64,000 nt of DNA from Dictyostelium discoideum (lineage: Eukaryota), in contig CM000154.2 of the NCBI GenBank assembly GCA_000004695.1, forward strand, positions 1,920,001-1,984,000. The letters are read 5' to 3'. The notes under the pieces were generated by a model. That model saw only the letters and a list, made by a program, of their open reading frames with translations, had not been told where the DNA came from and did no database searches. Made by a program: the position numbers and the translations under genes. Positions 1 through 12,007 of the stretch are shown here, piece after piece. Each line of letters starts with the position of its first letter. Position 1 is the stretch's first letter.

Positions 1-134
1 TTGAATGTTTAAACATCCATAATTATCCCCCAAAAATTTTTTTTTTTTTATTTATTTTTCTTTATTAAATTTTATTTTATTTTTATTTTTTTTTTATTTT
101 TTTTTATTTTTTTTTTTTTTTAATATATGTATCC

Positions 135-165
<31 letters not shown>

Positions 166-1134
166 GTGTTTGAATAAATAAAATATTCACACTCTCCAAC
201 CACTCTAAACACACTCACAAACAATATATTAAACACACTCACACAACGCAAAACACAACTTCTTTGTTATATTATTATTTATATATATAATTATTACTCT
301 CTCTTAAATATATATATATATATATAAAAATATATTTATAAAAGAAATAATTAGAACTTTAATATATATTTACTATTTTACTATTACTATTTGTGTGTTT
401 TTTAAAACGAAATTAAAACCACAAAATTTATAAAATTACTTTTTGTGTTTTTAAGTATGTCTTTTTAAAAATAATAATAATAATAATAATAATATAAAAA
501 TAATAAAAATAATACCCAAATTCATAGGTTAATAAATAAATTTAACCCATCAAAAAAATTATAAAAAAAAAAAAATATTATTAAAATAAAAAAATAAAGA
601 GTTTTTATTTTTTATTTTTTTGTTTTTCATTATTATTATTTTTTTTTTTTTTTTTCATTTTTTTTTTTGTAATAATGATAATTAATTATCATTAAAAAAA
701 TATATTCGATTATTTATATATTTTTTTATTTTTTTATTTTTTATAAAAAAAGAAATGTGGATTTTTAATGTTACAACAATTTGAAGATATAATACTACTA
801 TCTATTATCTTTTAAAATCATTAAAAGTCAACGATGTAATTACCCCCAACTCATTGTTTAAATGTCGTTTGTTGTTTGTTTGTTAAAATTTATTTTCACT
901 TTTGATAAACAAAATAATCAAAGGGTTTGGTGATAATAAAAAAAAAAAAAAAAAAAAAAATTAAAAAACCATTTATACACATACATATTTCATTCTCCTA
1001 AAACCACACACACAAACCCACCACACTGTCAAAGAATAAAAATATTAATTACCCACATGATAAATAAAATTAAAGCTTTTATTTCTTTTCTTTATTAAAT
1101 TTTAAAAAAAAAGTTGGTTATAAAACCACGATTG

Positions 1135-1168
<34 letters not shown>

Positions 1169-2099
1169 AGTGCCTATGTCATACTTTAATTATTTTTATA
1201 TTTTTTTTTAATTTAACCACACCACTTTATTTTTTTTTATTTTTTTTTATTTTTTTTTATTTTAAAATTAAAAATATCTAAAAGGGAATTAAGTGGTACC
1301 ACAACCACATTTTGACACCCTCTACCACTAATTTATCTTTATTAGGGTATTATGGTTCACTACACAATAGTGATAAAAAAAAAAAAAATTAAACTTATTT
1401 TATATCTGTTATGGTGTTTTCCTCCCTCTCCCCAATTATTTAATAACTGATATTATTTCCCTTTACACAAATTATTTTCCAAATTCAATGATTCAACAAG
1501 AAAAAAAAAAAAAAAAACAATAAAAAAAAAAAAAAAACATTGACTAACATCGATATTTTTAAATCTTAATTTTTTTTTTTTCTCTTACTTTTCTTTTTTT
1601 TTTTTTAAAAAATAGATCCAATATTATAATATTAATTCATTGTAAATAACACAGAAATATAAACACAATAATATTTAAATTATTTTCATTTCCAAATAAT
1701 TAAAAAATAATAAAAAAAATAAAAAAAAAACTAAAATATATCTAAAATTAACCAACCAATAATAAGTTTTCAATCAATCAAAAAAAAAAAAAAAAAAAAA
1801 AAAACCATACTCAACGTTAAAATTGTAAGAAATCTTTATTTTTATTTATAATTTTTTTTTTATTTTTTTTGAAAATAACCTCCATTTAATCATTTTTTGA
1901 TTCATCCAAAAAATCAATTTAATTTTAATTTTCATCTACTTGAAAATTAAATTTTTGGACAACTGACCAATTAAAAAAAAGCGCTTTTTTTTTTTTTTTT
2001 TTTTTCCCAAAAAACTAAAAAAATATTTTAAAAAAAATTAATTTTTTAATTTTAATTTTTTAATTTTTTTTTCCCAAAATTTTAAAATAAACCCTCCCC

Positions 2100-2144
2100 C
2101 TATTTTAAAATTTTTTCATTTTTAAAATTTGGGGATGGTTTTTC

Positions 2145-2196
<52 letters not shown>

Positions 2197-2650
2197 GGTT
2201 TAAATTTTTTTTTTTTTTTTTTTTTTCCCCCCCCCCCCCCCCTAAAAAAAAAACAAAAAAAAAAAAATTTTTATATAAAAAAATCTCTCAAAAAAAATTT
2301 TTTTTTTTAATCTCCTTTTAAAAAAACGGGGGGGAAAAACCCTTTTTTTTAAAAAATTTTCCAAAAAGGGGGGGATTTAATTTTTTATTTCTCCAAACCC
2401 CCAAANNNNNNNNNNNNNNNNNNNNNNNNNNNNNNNNNNNNNNNNNNNNNNNNNNNNNNNNNNNNNNNNNNNNNNNNNNNNNNNNNNNNNNNNNNNNNNN
2501 NNNNNAAAATTGGGGAATTAAATTTATTATTTTCAAAAATTCCCAAAATTTTTTTTTAATTTAATTTTTTTTTTAAAATTAATTTTTTTTTTAAATTTTT
2601 TTTTTTAATTTGGGTTTTAAAAAAGGGAATTTTGTTTTTTTTTTTTATTT
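2100..2650. other. probable low-quality or mis-assembled sequence flanking the gap
   Basis: Strings such as ttttccccccccccccccctaaaaaaaa, aaacgggggggaaaaaccc and aaagggggggattt are atypical of the surrounding AT-rich DNA. The same signature recurs at 25340-25760. Confidence 0.5.
2406..2505. other. assembly gap (run of 100 N)
   Basis: Literal N run. The flanking sequence contains G/C homopolymers inside A/T runs, which suggests low-quality read ends. Confidence 0.99.
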
Positions 2651-2888
2651 TTGGTTTTTTTTTTTTTATTTTTGGTTTTTTTATATTAATAACAACAAAA
2701 ACTCAACTCTTTGAAATTATTGTATCATGAATATATTATTTTTAAATCATTTTGTTCTATAAAAATATTTTCAGTTGGTATTTTATTTTTAGAAATTATT
2801 TTCTTAGTTTTTTTATTTTTTTTTATTTTGTTTTTTTTAATACATCACCCCCTACCTCAAAATCTCACAATTCAATCAAAAAAAAAAA

Positions 2889-2927
<39 letters not shown>

Positions 2928-3642
2928 CACCCACATATAAATAGTGTTTATTGATCTATTTAAAGAATTTTGTAAATTTGAAAAAAAAAAAATTAAAAAA
3001 AAAAATAAAAAAATAAAAAAATTTTTTAAATTAAATTTTATTTCATCCAAATTGGAAAAAAAAAAAATTATTAACAAAAAGAAAAAAAAAAAATATTGTT
3101 AACAATAATTAAAATAATAATAATAATAAAAATAATAATTTATTTATTTATTTTTTATTTATTTAAATAAATATAAAATATTATTTGTTCGATTAATGAT
3201 AATTATTATTACTTAAATTTATAAAATATACTTATTAATATATATATATATATTAATTTTTATTTTATATTTTATTTTTTTCAAATAAAATTTTTTTATA
3301 TAAAAATAGATTTTTTTTTTTTCATAATTAGAAGATTTAAAAAAAAAAAAAAAAAAAAAAAATTTAAAAAAAAAAAAAAAAAAATTATAATAATAATAAT
3401 ATTTATATTAACATATAAATAATTAAAAATTAGTATTTAATAGGGAAGGGATATATATTATACAACTATAAATTTTTAATAATAATAAATTATAATATTT
3501 TGAAAATAAAAAAAAAAAAAAAAAAGGAGAAAAAAAAAAAAGTCAAATAAATAAATAATATTAAATAATATATAATTAAAAAAAAAAAAAAAAAAAATTT
3601 AATAATAATAATAATAATAATAAAAATTATTAAAATAAAATT

Positions 3643-5769
3643 ATGTTATCAACTCATCATCACCAAGGGAATTCAAGCTCATCTTCATCATCTTCATCCC
3701 CATCACAGACAATTGGCGGATCGGATTTATCAAATATATCAGCACTCCCATTACCATTACCATCTATATTTACAACAGCACAAAACCAAATGAATCCACC
3801 AATTTTATTCCCACCAACTTCATCGTTGTTGGGAGGTTCATCAAACACACCATCATTTTTATTACCACCATCATCTATAATGTCATCAAATGTTTTTCCA
3901 TCTCATGATGGTCAATATCCAGATATGCCAAATATGGTTGATCAATATCAAATACATCCAAATCAAAATCCTCATTATAATTATCAATATCAATTAATGT
4001 TTATGCAACAACAAGCTCAACAAAATCAACCACCACAACAAAATCAACAACAACAACATCACCAACAACAACAACAACAACCACAACACCATCAACAAAT
4101 GCAACAACAACAACATCATCAACAAATGCAACAACAACAACAACATCATCAACAAATGCAACAACAACAACATCACCAACAAATGCAACATCATCAATTA
4201 CAACAACACCAACACCAACACCAACAACAACAACAACAACAACAACACCAACAACAACATCATCAACAACAACAACAACAACAACAACAACATCACCAAC
4301 AACAACAACATCACCAACATAGTCAACCACAACAACAACATCAACACAATCAACAACAACAACATCAACATAATCAACAACAACATCAACAACAACAAAA
4401 TCAAATTCAAATGGTACCACAGCAACCACAATCATTATCAAATAGTGGAAATAATAATAATAATAATAATAATAACAACAATAGTAATAATAACAATAAT
4501 AATAATAATAATAATAATTCACATCAATTAAATAATTTAACATTATCACAAAATAATACAAGTGGTAGTAATACACCATCACCATCAACTAAAGGTAAAA
4601 GAAAACATCATGAAACATCAAATTCAGAGAAAAAAGATTCATCTGGACAAACAATTCCAAAATGTACTCGTTGTAATGAAGCAGCATCATGGAAACATGA
4701 TAAAAGACGTTGGTGGTGTAAAGAATGTAAAAAAGCCTTTACTCCAGGTATTACCAAAATGCAACAAGTACCACAACAAGCACAACTTCAACCATTACAA
4801 AATCATAATCAAATAATACCACAACTTTGGGATTCTCAACAAAATAATAGTTCTCAAAATACTCCACCAACTCAACCACAAAACAATATGAATCAAATCA
4901 ATCATCAACTTTTACAACAACAACATCAACAAGCTCAACTTCAAGCTCATTTAAATTTAACAGCATCAAATCAACAAGTACCACCACAATTACAACAACA
5001 AATCAATGGTGGTTTACCAAATAATAACAATAGTTTAATCACTCAAAATACATTGAATTCATTATCAACCTCTGTATCATGTCCACCTTGTCCATTGTGT
5101 AGAGGTATTTCATCATGGAAACATGATAAAAAGCGTTATTTCTGTAAAGAATGTAAAAAACCATTTACACCTGTTGGTGCAGGACTTTCACCATCATCAT
5201 CACCTTCTTCACCAAAAAAGAAATCAAATATTACACCAATTACAACTTCATCAACATCATCATCTTCTTCAACTCCTTCAATTATAAACAACAACAATAA
5301 CAACAACGCAAATTCTTCTAAAAATAATACACCAAAAAAACAATTATCACCACCACCATCTGTTTTACAATCACCATCTTCCTCTTCAATCTCACAATCA
5401 CCACTTCAATTAAATTATCAAACTCCAACTTACTCACCAAATCCATCACTTCCATCAATTGGTGGAAATTTAAATTCCCTTGCAAATAGTATAAAACCAG
5501 ATGGTGGTATCTTAATATCTGGTCTATCTCCTCCAAAATCTTCATCATCATTAAATAATTTAAATTCTTTCTCAAATACTGGTGCACTTTTATCAAGTAA
5601 TGGAATTAATCTAGCCAATTTAGGTAATCCACTATCTCAATTAAATAAAAAACAAAAAAAGAGATCCGATAAAGATATAAATGATGGTGGTGTTCAAGTA
5701 TTGGTTAGTTGTGTCGATACTAATGTAAATAATTGTTCTTCAATTATACCTGATGGTGATAGTTGGTAA
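3643..5769 (+). CDS. poly-Q/S/N-rich protein with two near-identical CxxC-x14-CxxC zinc-ribbon-like motifs; putative nucleic-acid-binding or transcription factor
   Basis: Uninterrupted 708-aa ORF. The duplicated motifs are CTRCNEAASWKHDKRRWWCKECKKAFTP and CPLCRGISSWKHDKKRYFCKECKKPFTP. A basic KGKRKHH stretch precedes the first motif and KKQKKR lies near the C-terminus. A long (CAA/CAC/CAT)n tract encodes Q/H runs. Confidence 0.6.
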   Translation: MLSTHHHQGNSSSSSSSSSPSQTIGGSDLSNISALPLPLPSIFTTAQNQMNPPILFPPTSSLLGGSSNTPSFLLPPSSIMSSNVFPSHDGQYPDMPNMVDQYQIHPNQNPHYNYQYQLMFMQQQAQQNQPPQQNQQQQHHQQQQQQPQHHQQMQQQQHHQQMQQQQQHHQQMQQQQHHQQMQHHQLQQHQHQHQQQQQQQQHQQQHHQQQQQQQQQHHQQQQHHQHSQPQQQHQHNQQQQHQHNQQQHQQQQNQIQMVPQQPQSLSNSGNNNNNNNNNNNSNNNNNNNNNNNSHQLNNLTLSQNNTSGSNTPSPSTKGKRKHHETSNSEKKDSSGQTIPKCTRCNEAASWKHDKRRWWCKECKKAFTPGITKMQQVPQQAQLQPLQNHNQIIPQLWDSQQNNSSQNTPPTQPQNNMNQINHQLLQQQHQQAQLQAHLNLTASNQQVPPQLQQQINGGLPNNNNSLITQNTLNSLSTSVSCPPCPLCRGISSWKHDKKRYFCKECKKPFTPVGAGLSPSSSPSSPKKKSNITPITTSSTSSSSSTPSIINNNNNNNANSSKNNTPKKQLSPPPSVLQSPSSSSISQSPLQLNYQTPTYSPNPSLPSIGGNLNSLANSIKPDGGILISGLSPPKSSSSLNNLNSFSNTGALLSSNGINLANLGNPLSQLNKKQKKRSDKDINDGGVQVLVSCVDTNVNNCSSIIPDGDSW
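4015..4400 (+). repeat. coding (CAA)n/(CAC)n microsatellite encoding a poly-Q/H tract
   Basis: Directly visible caacaacaa... and caccaacaa repeats. The QHHQQMQQQQ unit is repeated about four times at the protein level. Confidence 0.9.
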
Positions 5770-5892
5770 ATAAATTTTTTTTTTTTTTTTCCCAAAGAAA
5801 AAAAAAAAAAAAAAAATCAAAAATTCAATCCCCCAATTAATATAAAACATGTAAATTTTCTTTTTTTAACTAATTCTTTTTCCTAAAAATAA

Positions 5893-5925
<33 letters not shown>

Positions 5926-6069
5926 CCATTTTTTTAATTATTTTAAATAATATTTAAATAATATTTTAAATTTTAATTTTAAATAATAATACCCTTTAAT
6001 TCCCCCCTGTAAATAAAAAAACCCTAAAATGGAAAATGGAAAACCCTGGAAAAAAAAAAATTTTTTTCC

Positions 6070-6115
<46 letters not shown>

Positions 6116-6303
6116 CCTTCCAATATATCAAAAAAAAAAAAAAATTAAAATATTAAATTAACTCAAAAAAAAAAAAAAAAATTAAATAAAAAAAAAAAAA
6201 TAATAATATATATATAAATAAAATAAAAAAAAATTAAAAAAATAAATAGTTTTTTTTATAATAATAGGTTTTTTTTTATTTTTTTTTTTTTTGTTTTTAA
6301 TAT

Positions 6304-7406
6304 TTAAAGTTTATTTCTAAAATCTGGTATTTCAGTTTTATAAATATTTTTTGATTTTATATAATTTAAAGCATTATCAGGCATTAAATATTTAACAGAA
6401 AATTTATTTCTTAATTTTTCTCTAATCTTTGTTGAAGATACATCATTTGTAATATCAGCAGGTATTAAATAAATTCCATCTTTATTCTTTGTTAATATTT
6501 CATTAATTGATATAATATCATTTAAATTTGAACCAATTCTAGGAATTACTGCAATACCAAAATTATCTTTTGATGATAATAAATTCATCTTTATTTTTAT
6601 AATTATTATTATTTTATTTTATTTTAAATTAATTTTTATTTTTATTTTTTATTTTTAATACATACATCATTATCAGACCAAAGATTTGGTATATTAAAAG
6701 AACCTAATAAATCAGAACCACAAACCAATATTACATTTACTTTGCAAATGATATTTTTATTGATGTTTAAATAATTTTCAACACTTAATTTGATATGATC
6801 TAATACTTGTCTTGTTGGTGTGAATATTGGTTTGTCAGATTCAAATCTATCCATCATTAACCAATCTGAATCTTCAATTGATAATTCAACCATTGTTGTT
6901 CTATGTGATGATTCAATTAATGTCTTTTTATCATAGCCATCACCAACTGGTGATAAATANNNNNNNNNNNNNNNNNNNNNNNNNNNNNNNNNNNNNNNNN
7001 NNNNNNNNNNNNNNNNNNNNNNNNNNNNNNNNNNNNNNNNNNNNNNNNNNNNNNNNNNNTTTTTTTTTTTTTTTTTTTTAATATTATTTGTTTAGATTAT
7101 TAAAAAAAAAAATAAAAAAAATAATAATAGTAATAATAATAATAATAATAAAAAAAAAATAAAACAAATGAATAAATTATTTATTTTATTTTATCTTATA
7201 TTATTTTATTTTATTTTATTTTATTTATAATTTTATTTTATTTTATTTTATTTTATTTTATTTTATTTTATTTTATTTTATTTACCCATCATTCTTAAAT
7301 GCATATATGTAATAGGGTTAAATGAACCAGTTCCAACTAATATTAATGGTTTTCTTGAATCATTTATATTTGGTATAGTTAATTTTGAAACTGAGAAATT
7401 ATTCAT
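6304..7406 (-). CDS. nmnat: nicotinamide/nicotinate mononucleotide adenylyltransferase (NMNAT), multi-exon, interrupted by an assembly gap
   Basis: Exon 1 (7286..7406, minus) encodes MNNFSVSKLTIPNINDSRKPLILVGTGSFNPITYMHLRMMG, containing the GxFNPxT(H) nucleotidyltransferase motif, followed by a GTAA donor. The middle exon (about 6667..6959) encodes YLSPVGDGYDKK...HRTTMVELS...ILVCGSDLLGSFNIPNLWSDND (NMNAT LLCGADxLxSF..PNLW). The last exon (6304..6588) encodes ADITNDVSSTKIRE...SVKYLMPDNALNYIKSKNIY (NMNAT ISSTxIR and SVKYLIPDxVxxYIK motifs). The 100-N gap at 6960-7059 falls inside the coding region. Confidence 0.8.
6960..7059. other. assembly gap (100 N) inside the NMNAT gene
   Basis: Literal N run. 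Confidence 0.99.
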
Positions 7407-8199
7407 TTTATAAAAAAAAAAAAAGATTTGACTGATGTTGTTATTTTAACTTTTCTTAAAAAAACAACTATATAAAATTAGAATTTAATTGAAAAAAAAA
7501 AAAATCAATAGTTTTTAATTTTTTTTTTTTTTATTTTTTTTATTTTTTTTTTTTTTTTCAATTAAATTCGCAGAATTTGTTATTTTTAAGAATGGAATAA
7601 AAAAAAATTAATTAAATTGTTATAAATCTTTTTTTTTGGTTAGTTAATTAAACTATTTTAAAATTATTTTTATCATTTTATTTTTTAATTTGAATTATTA
7701 TTATTATTATTATTGTTATTATTTTTTTTTTTTTTTTTTCATTTTTTTTTTTTAATATTTATTATTATTATTTATTGTTAATTGAAATATTTTTAAACAG
7801 TTCATTAAAATTAGAAATCAAATAAATAAAAAATAAAAAAAAAATAAAAAAAACAATAAAAATATATCAAAGTTAATAAAGAAAATGATATTCACTCACC
7901 GGATAAGCGTAGGATTTAAAAAAAATTATACCTTAAAAATGAATAAATAAAAGATATTAAAAAAAAAATTAAAAAAAAATATATTTATAGATATATCCAT
8001 AAATAAATTATTTATATTAAAAAAAATAAAAAAAAAATTAAAAAAAAAAAAAAAAAATTAAAAAAAAATATTAATTTCATTTTTTTCATTTTCATTTTAT
8101 CACCCTTTTTTTTTTTTTTTTTTTTTTTATCTTTCATGAATATTTGTATTCATATAAATTACATATAAATTTAAACAATAATAAAAAGAATTTAAAACA

Positions 8200-8230
<31 letters not shown>

Positions 8231-8244
8231 TTTATTTTTAAAAA

Positions 8245-9570
8245 ATGGAAGATAATAATAATAATAATAAATTTAAAAATGAGGAAGAATTAAATCCACT
8301 ATCATTTTCTAGACATAGTATTAGTGGCAGTAGTAATAATAATTTCCAAAAACATCAACAACAACAACAACCAGTAAATAAACCACAATCAATATTAAAA
8401 ACACCTACAAATAGAGATTCAGTTAAAGCTAAACCGACATCTCTTTCTTTGTCAACATCTTCAACATCTTCATCTTCATCATCTTCATCATTATCACTAT
8501 CACCTACTTCTAGTTATTCACCTTCAACAATTTCATCAAAAGTTGGCGGAACATCAAAATTATTATCAACATCTGATTTAGTTACACCAATCAAATCTAG
8601 TGCTAATAATAATATAAATTTACCAACCTTTTTAAATGAATCAACACCACTTCCAAGTCAAACACCAGGAACAAGGAATAGAGTTATGATGTCTGATATT
8701 AAACCAACTGTTCATATTTATCCCTCAACACCTATAGATAAAATTAAACAACCAACAACCATTAAACCAAAGAATACAAATGGTGGTCTATTTAATATTA
8801 ATAAATTTTTAAATCGTAGTAATCATTTAAATTTAAATGATACAACAATTATTGATCAAACTATGAATGATAAAAATTCTGATGATGATGATGATGATGA
8901 TGATAATAATAATAATAATGATAATTATACAGAGGATGAAAATAAAAATAAATCATTTTTCTCAAGCACTAGTAGTAAATTTTATAGAAATAATAATAAT
9001 ATAAATAATAATAATAATAATAATATAAATAATAATTATAATTTATCACCAACATCAGAATATTATCCATCATCATCAATATCATCATCATCATCATCAT
9101 CACTATATAAAACAACGATTGGTGGTAGTGATAAAATAATTAAAAAAAGAAAACCAATAATTAGAAAGAAATCATTAATTACAAAAATTAAAGAAACTAT
9201 AAAATATCCAATTAATAAATTAGATAAAATTCAAGAAGATATTGCTACATTTCATGATAATAAATATTATAAAACTTTAATATATTGTTTAGCATTACTA
9301 TTGAATTTAATTCTATTTAGCTATGCAATTGATTTAATTAGTGGTTTATCAATTGCTTTAGTATTATTATCAATTAGTATAATCAATTCAATATTATTTT
9401 TTAAATCATCAAAGAAATCTTATCTCTATAGATTCGAAGGTACTCAATTAGGTCCAAATATGTCAATTGAACAAATTGAATCAATAATTCCTACTAGTGG
9501 TGCTTATGGAAATGAAACAAAAGATAATGTTGTAGTTTTAAAAATTTGGAATCCAAGTTTGTATTTTTAA
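8245..9570 (+). CDS. hypothetical S/T/N-rich protein with C-terminal transmembrane segments
   Basis: 441-aa ORF. Hydrophobic stretches LIYCLALLLNLILFSYAIDLISGLSIALVLLSISIINSILFF lie near the C-terminus. A possible GT...AG intron at about 9556-9680 would add an exon encoding ...EFPSKILFNFFSPLHVLMMILSSPEFEKF. No recognisable catalytic motif. Confidence 0.45.
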   Translation: MEDNNNNNKFKNEEELNPLSFSRHSISGSSNNNFQKHQQQQQPVNKPQSILKTPTNRDSVKAKPTSLSLSTSSTSSSSSSSSLSLSPTSSYSPSTISSKVGGTSKLLSTSDLVTPIKSSANNNINLPTFLNESTPLPSQTPGTRNRVMMSDIKPTVHIYPSTPIDKIKQPTTIKPKNTNGGLFNINKFLNRSNHLNLNDTTIIDQTMNDKNSDDDDDDDDNNNNNDNYTEDENKNKSFFSSTSSKFYRNNNNINNNNNNNINNNYNLSPTSEYYPSSSISSSSSSSLYKTTIGGSDKIIKKRKPIIRKKSLITKIKETIKYPINKLDKIQEDIATFHDNKYYKTLIYCLALLLNLILFSYAIDLISGLSIALVLLSISIINSILFFKSSKKSYLYRFEGTQLGPNMSIEQIESIIPTSGAYGNETKDNVVVLKIWNPSLYF

Positions 9571-9837
9571 AATTAATAATTAATTAATTAATTAAATAAT
9601 AATTAATTAAATAATTAAATATTAATATCTCTTTTTTTTTTTTTTTTTTTTTTTTTCTTTTTTCTCATACAAATATTTATTTAGAATTTCCTTCAAAAAT
9701 TTTATTCAATTTCTTTAGTCCATTACATGTTTTAATGATGATTTTATCAAGTCCTGAATTTGAAAAATTTTTAACTTTTACAATTTTATCAATTATAATT
9801 TCATTAATGGTATTTATTTTTATTTTTTATATTTATA

Positions 9838-9874
<37 letters not shown>

Positions 9875-9966
9875 ATTTATATATATATAATTTAAATTAA
9901 AATAATATATATTAACCTTTGTGAAAAAAAAAAAAAAAAAAAAAAAAGTTTTATTTCTTTGGTGAG

Positions 9967-10320
<354 letters not shown>

Positions 10321-10346
10321 TAATAATAATAAAACTTGTAAATATT

Positions 10347-10377
<31 letters not shown>

Positions 10378-10747
10378 ATTTCCCATTTGTAATTGAGATT
10401 TTTTATTTTTTTTAAAAATATTATCTATATATTTTAAAATTTTTAATTTCATCAATTTCAATACCTTGTTTTCTATTTATTTCATTTTGTTCTTCTTGTA
10501 TTCTAATTTTTAAATTCTTTTTCTTTTGTTTTGGAGTATGATTGAATTCAATTACATTTGGGAAAGTGATAAAAAAGACTTTTTTTTTTTAAAAAAAATA
10601 ATTGCAAAATAAAAAATAAATTAAAAAAAAAGGTAAAGTTTAATTGTTAATAGTGATTTTCACAAATTATTTTTTTTATTATTATCATTATTTTTTTTTT
10701 TTTTAATAATAATAATTATTATTATTTAAATACACATACCTTTACTA

Positions 10748-11149
10748 ATATTATTGCACTAAAGACAGATACTAAACCAGCAGGGAAAAATTTACCAGAA
10801 TTTACAAATCTCATTCCCATTATAATTAAAAGTACCAATGATAATGCTAAAATTTATATTAAAAATAAATAAATAAAATGAATATTTAATTTTATTAATT
10901 AATTGATTGATTTAAATAATATATATATGTGTGTGTTGTTTTAATATTTTTTTAAAAATTAAATAAATAATTACCCATTGTTAATTGTGTACCATTCTTT
11001 TTATTGGTGGTAGTAAGGTTAGCACTATAACCAACTAATAAACCACTAAGTAAACCCATGATAAGAGATGGCATTGAATTTGCTTTTAAGTAACCAATCA
11101 ACCCACCAATTGCAAGTAAAATTGCATATGCATAAACTAATGTTGTCAT
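10748..11149 (-). CDS. TMEM14-family small four-TM membrane protein (2 exons resolved)
   Basis: Exon 1 (10973..11149) encodes MTTLVYAYAILLAIGGLIGYLKANSMPSLIMGLLSGLLVGYSANL...TQLTM and ends ATGG|GTAATT. Exon 2 (about 10748..10850) encodes ALSLVLLIIMGMRFVNSGKFFPAGLVSVFSAIILVK followed by a GTATGT donor. It matches TMEM14 motifs GYxKxGSxPSLxAGL and IMGMRFxxSGKFMPAGL. A further short 3' exon is possible. Confidence 0.65.
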
Positions 11150-11529
11150 TTTCTTTTCTTTTTTTTTTTTTAAGTATCTTTTTCAAATTATTATTTTTTT
11201 TTTTGTGATTAAAAATTTTTAATAATATAAAAAAAAACAAAAATAAAAAAAAAAAAAATTGATGATGATTTTTTTGATTTTTAATTTGTAAAAATAAAAA
11301 AAAATAAAAAAAATAAAAAAAAAAAAAAAGAACTGTTGGGAAAAGTCAAAAAAATCATATGATATTTGTCATTAATTTCAAAATAAAATAATAATTTTAA
11401 AAATAATTATATTTATGCGTTTTAGAAAATTCACAAAGGAGTTTTTTTTTTTTTTTTTTTTTTTTTAATGTAAACAAGTTTTACATTTTATTTATTTATT
11501 TAATTATTTATTTATTTTTTATATTATAA

Positions 11530-11564
<35 letters not shown>

Positions 11565-11769
11565 TCACATAACCTGTTTGAAAAATTCAACTCCTACCAT
11601 AAGAACCTTATAAAAAAAAAACTCCTTTGTGGTTACCTTACATTTAATTTTTAAAAGTTAGGGAAAAAAAAAAATAAAAAAAAAAAAAATGAAAAAAATG
11701 GTAAGAAATATGCAACTAACTCCCGATTATTATTTTTTTTTTTTTTTTTTTTTAATACTTTCAACAGGT

Positions 11770-11804
<35 letters not shown>

Positions 11805-11953
11805 AAAAATAAAAAAATTAATTAATTTATCTTTGATTAAAAAAGATGATCGGATAAAATTCAAAGCTTAAAAAAAAAAAAAACCCTCTAAAAGTAAAAG
11901 GAAATACTTCTTTTATTTTAAACTGATAAAAATCCGAAAAGGACCCGAAAGAG

Positions 11954-12007
<54 letters not shown>

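Noticed and set aside
2318-2536. ORF spanning the N gap
   Set aside because: Contains 100 unknown bases and flanking low-quality sequence.
3994-4588. Minus-strand ORFs (poly-L/V/M/Y, 67-195 aa) overlapping the poly-Q gene
   Set aside because: Antisense or shifted-frame read-through of the (CAA)n/(CAC)n microsatellite. No start context or complexity; artefacts of repeat composition.
10446-10560. Short minus-strand ORF ITFPNVIEFNHTPKQKKKNLKIRIQEEQNEINRKQGIEIDEIK downstream of the TMEM14 exons
   Set aside because: It could be a 3' exon or a separate micro-gene, but it has no similarity to the TMEM14 C-terminus and no clear splice junction in frame. Left unannotated.
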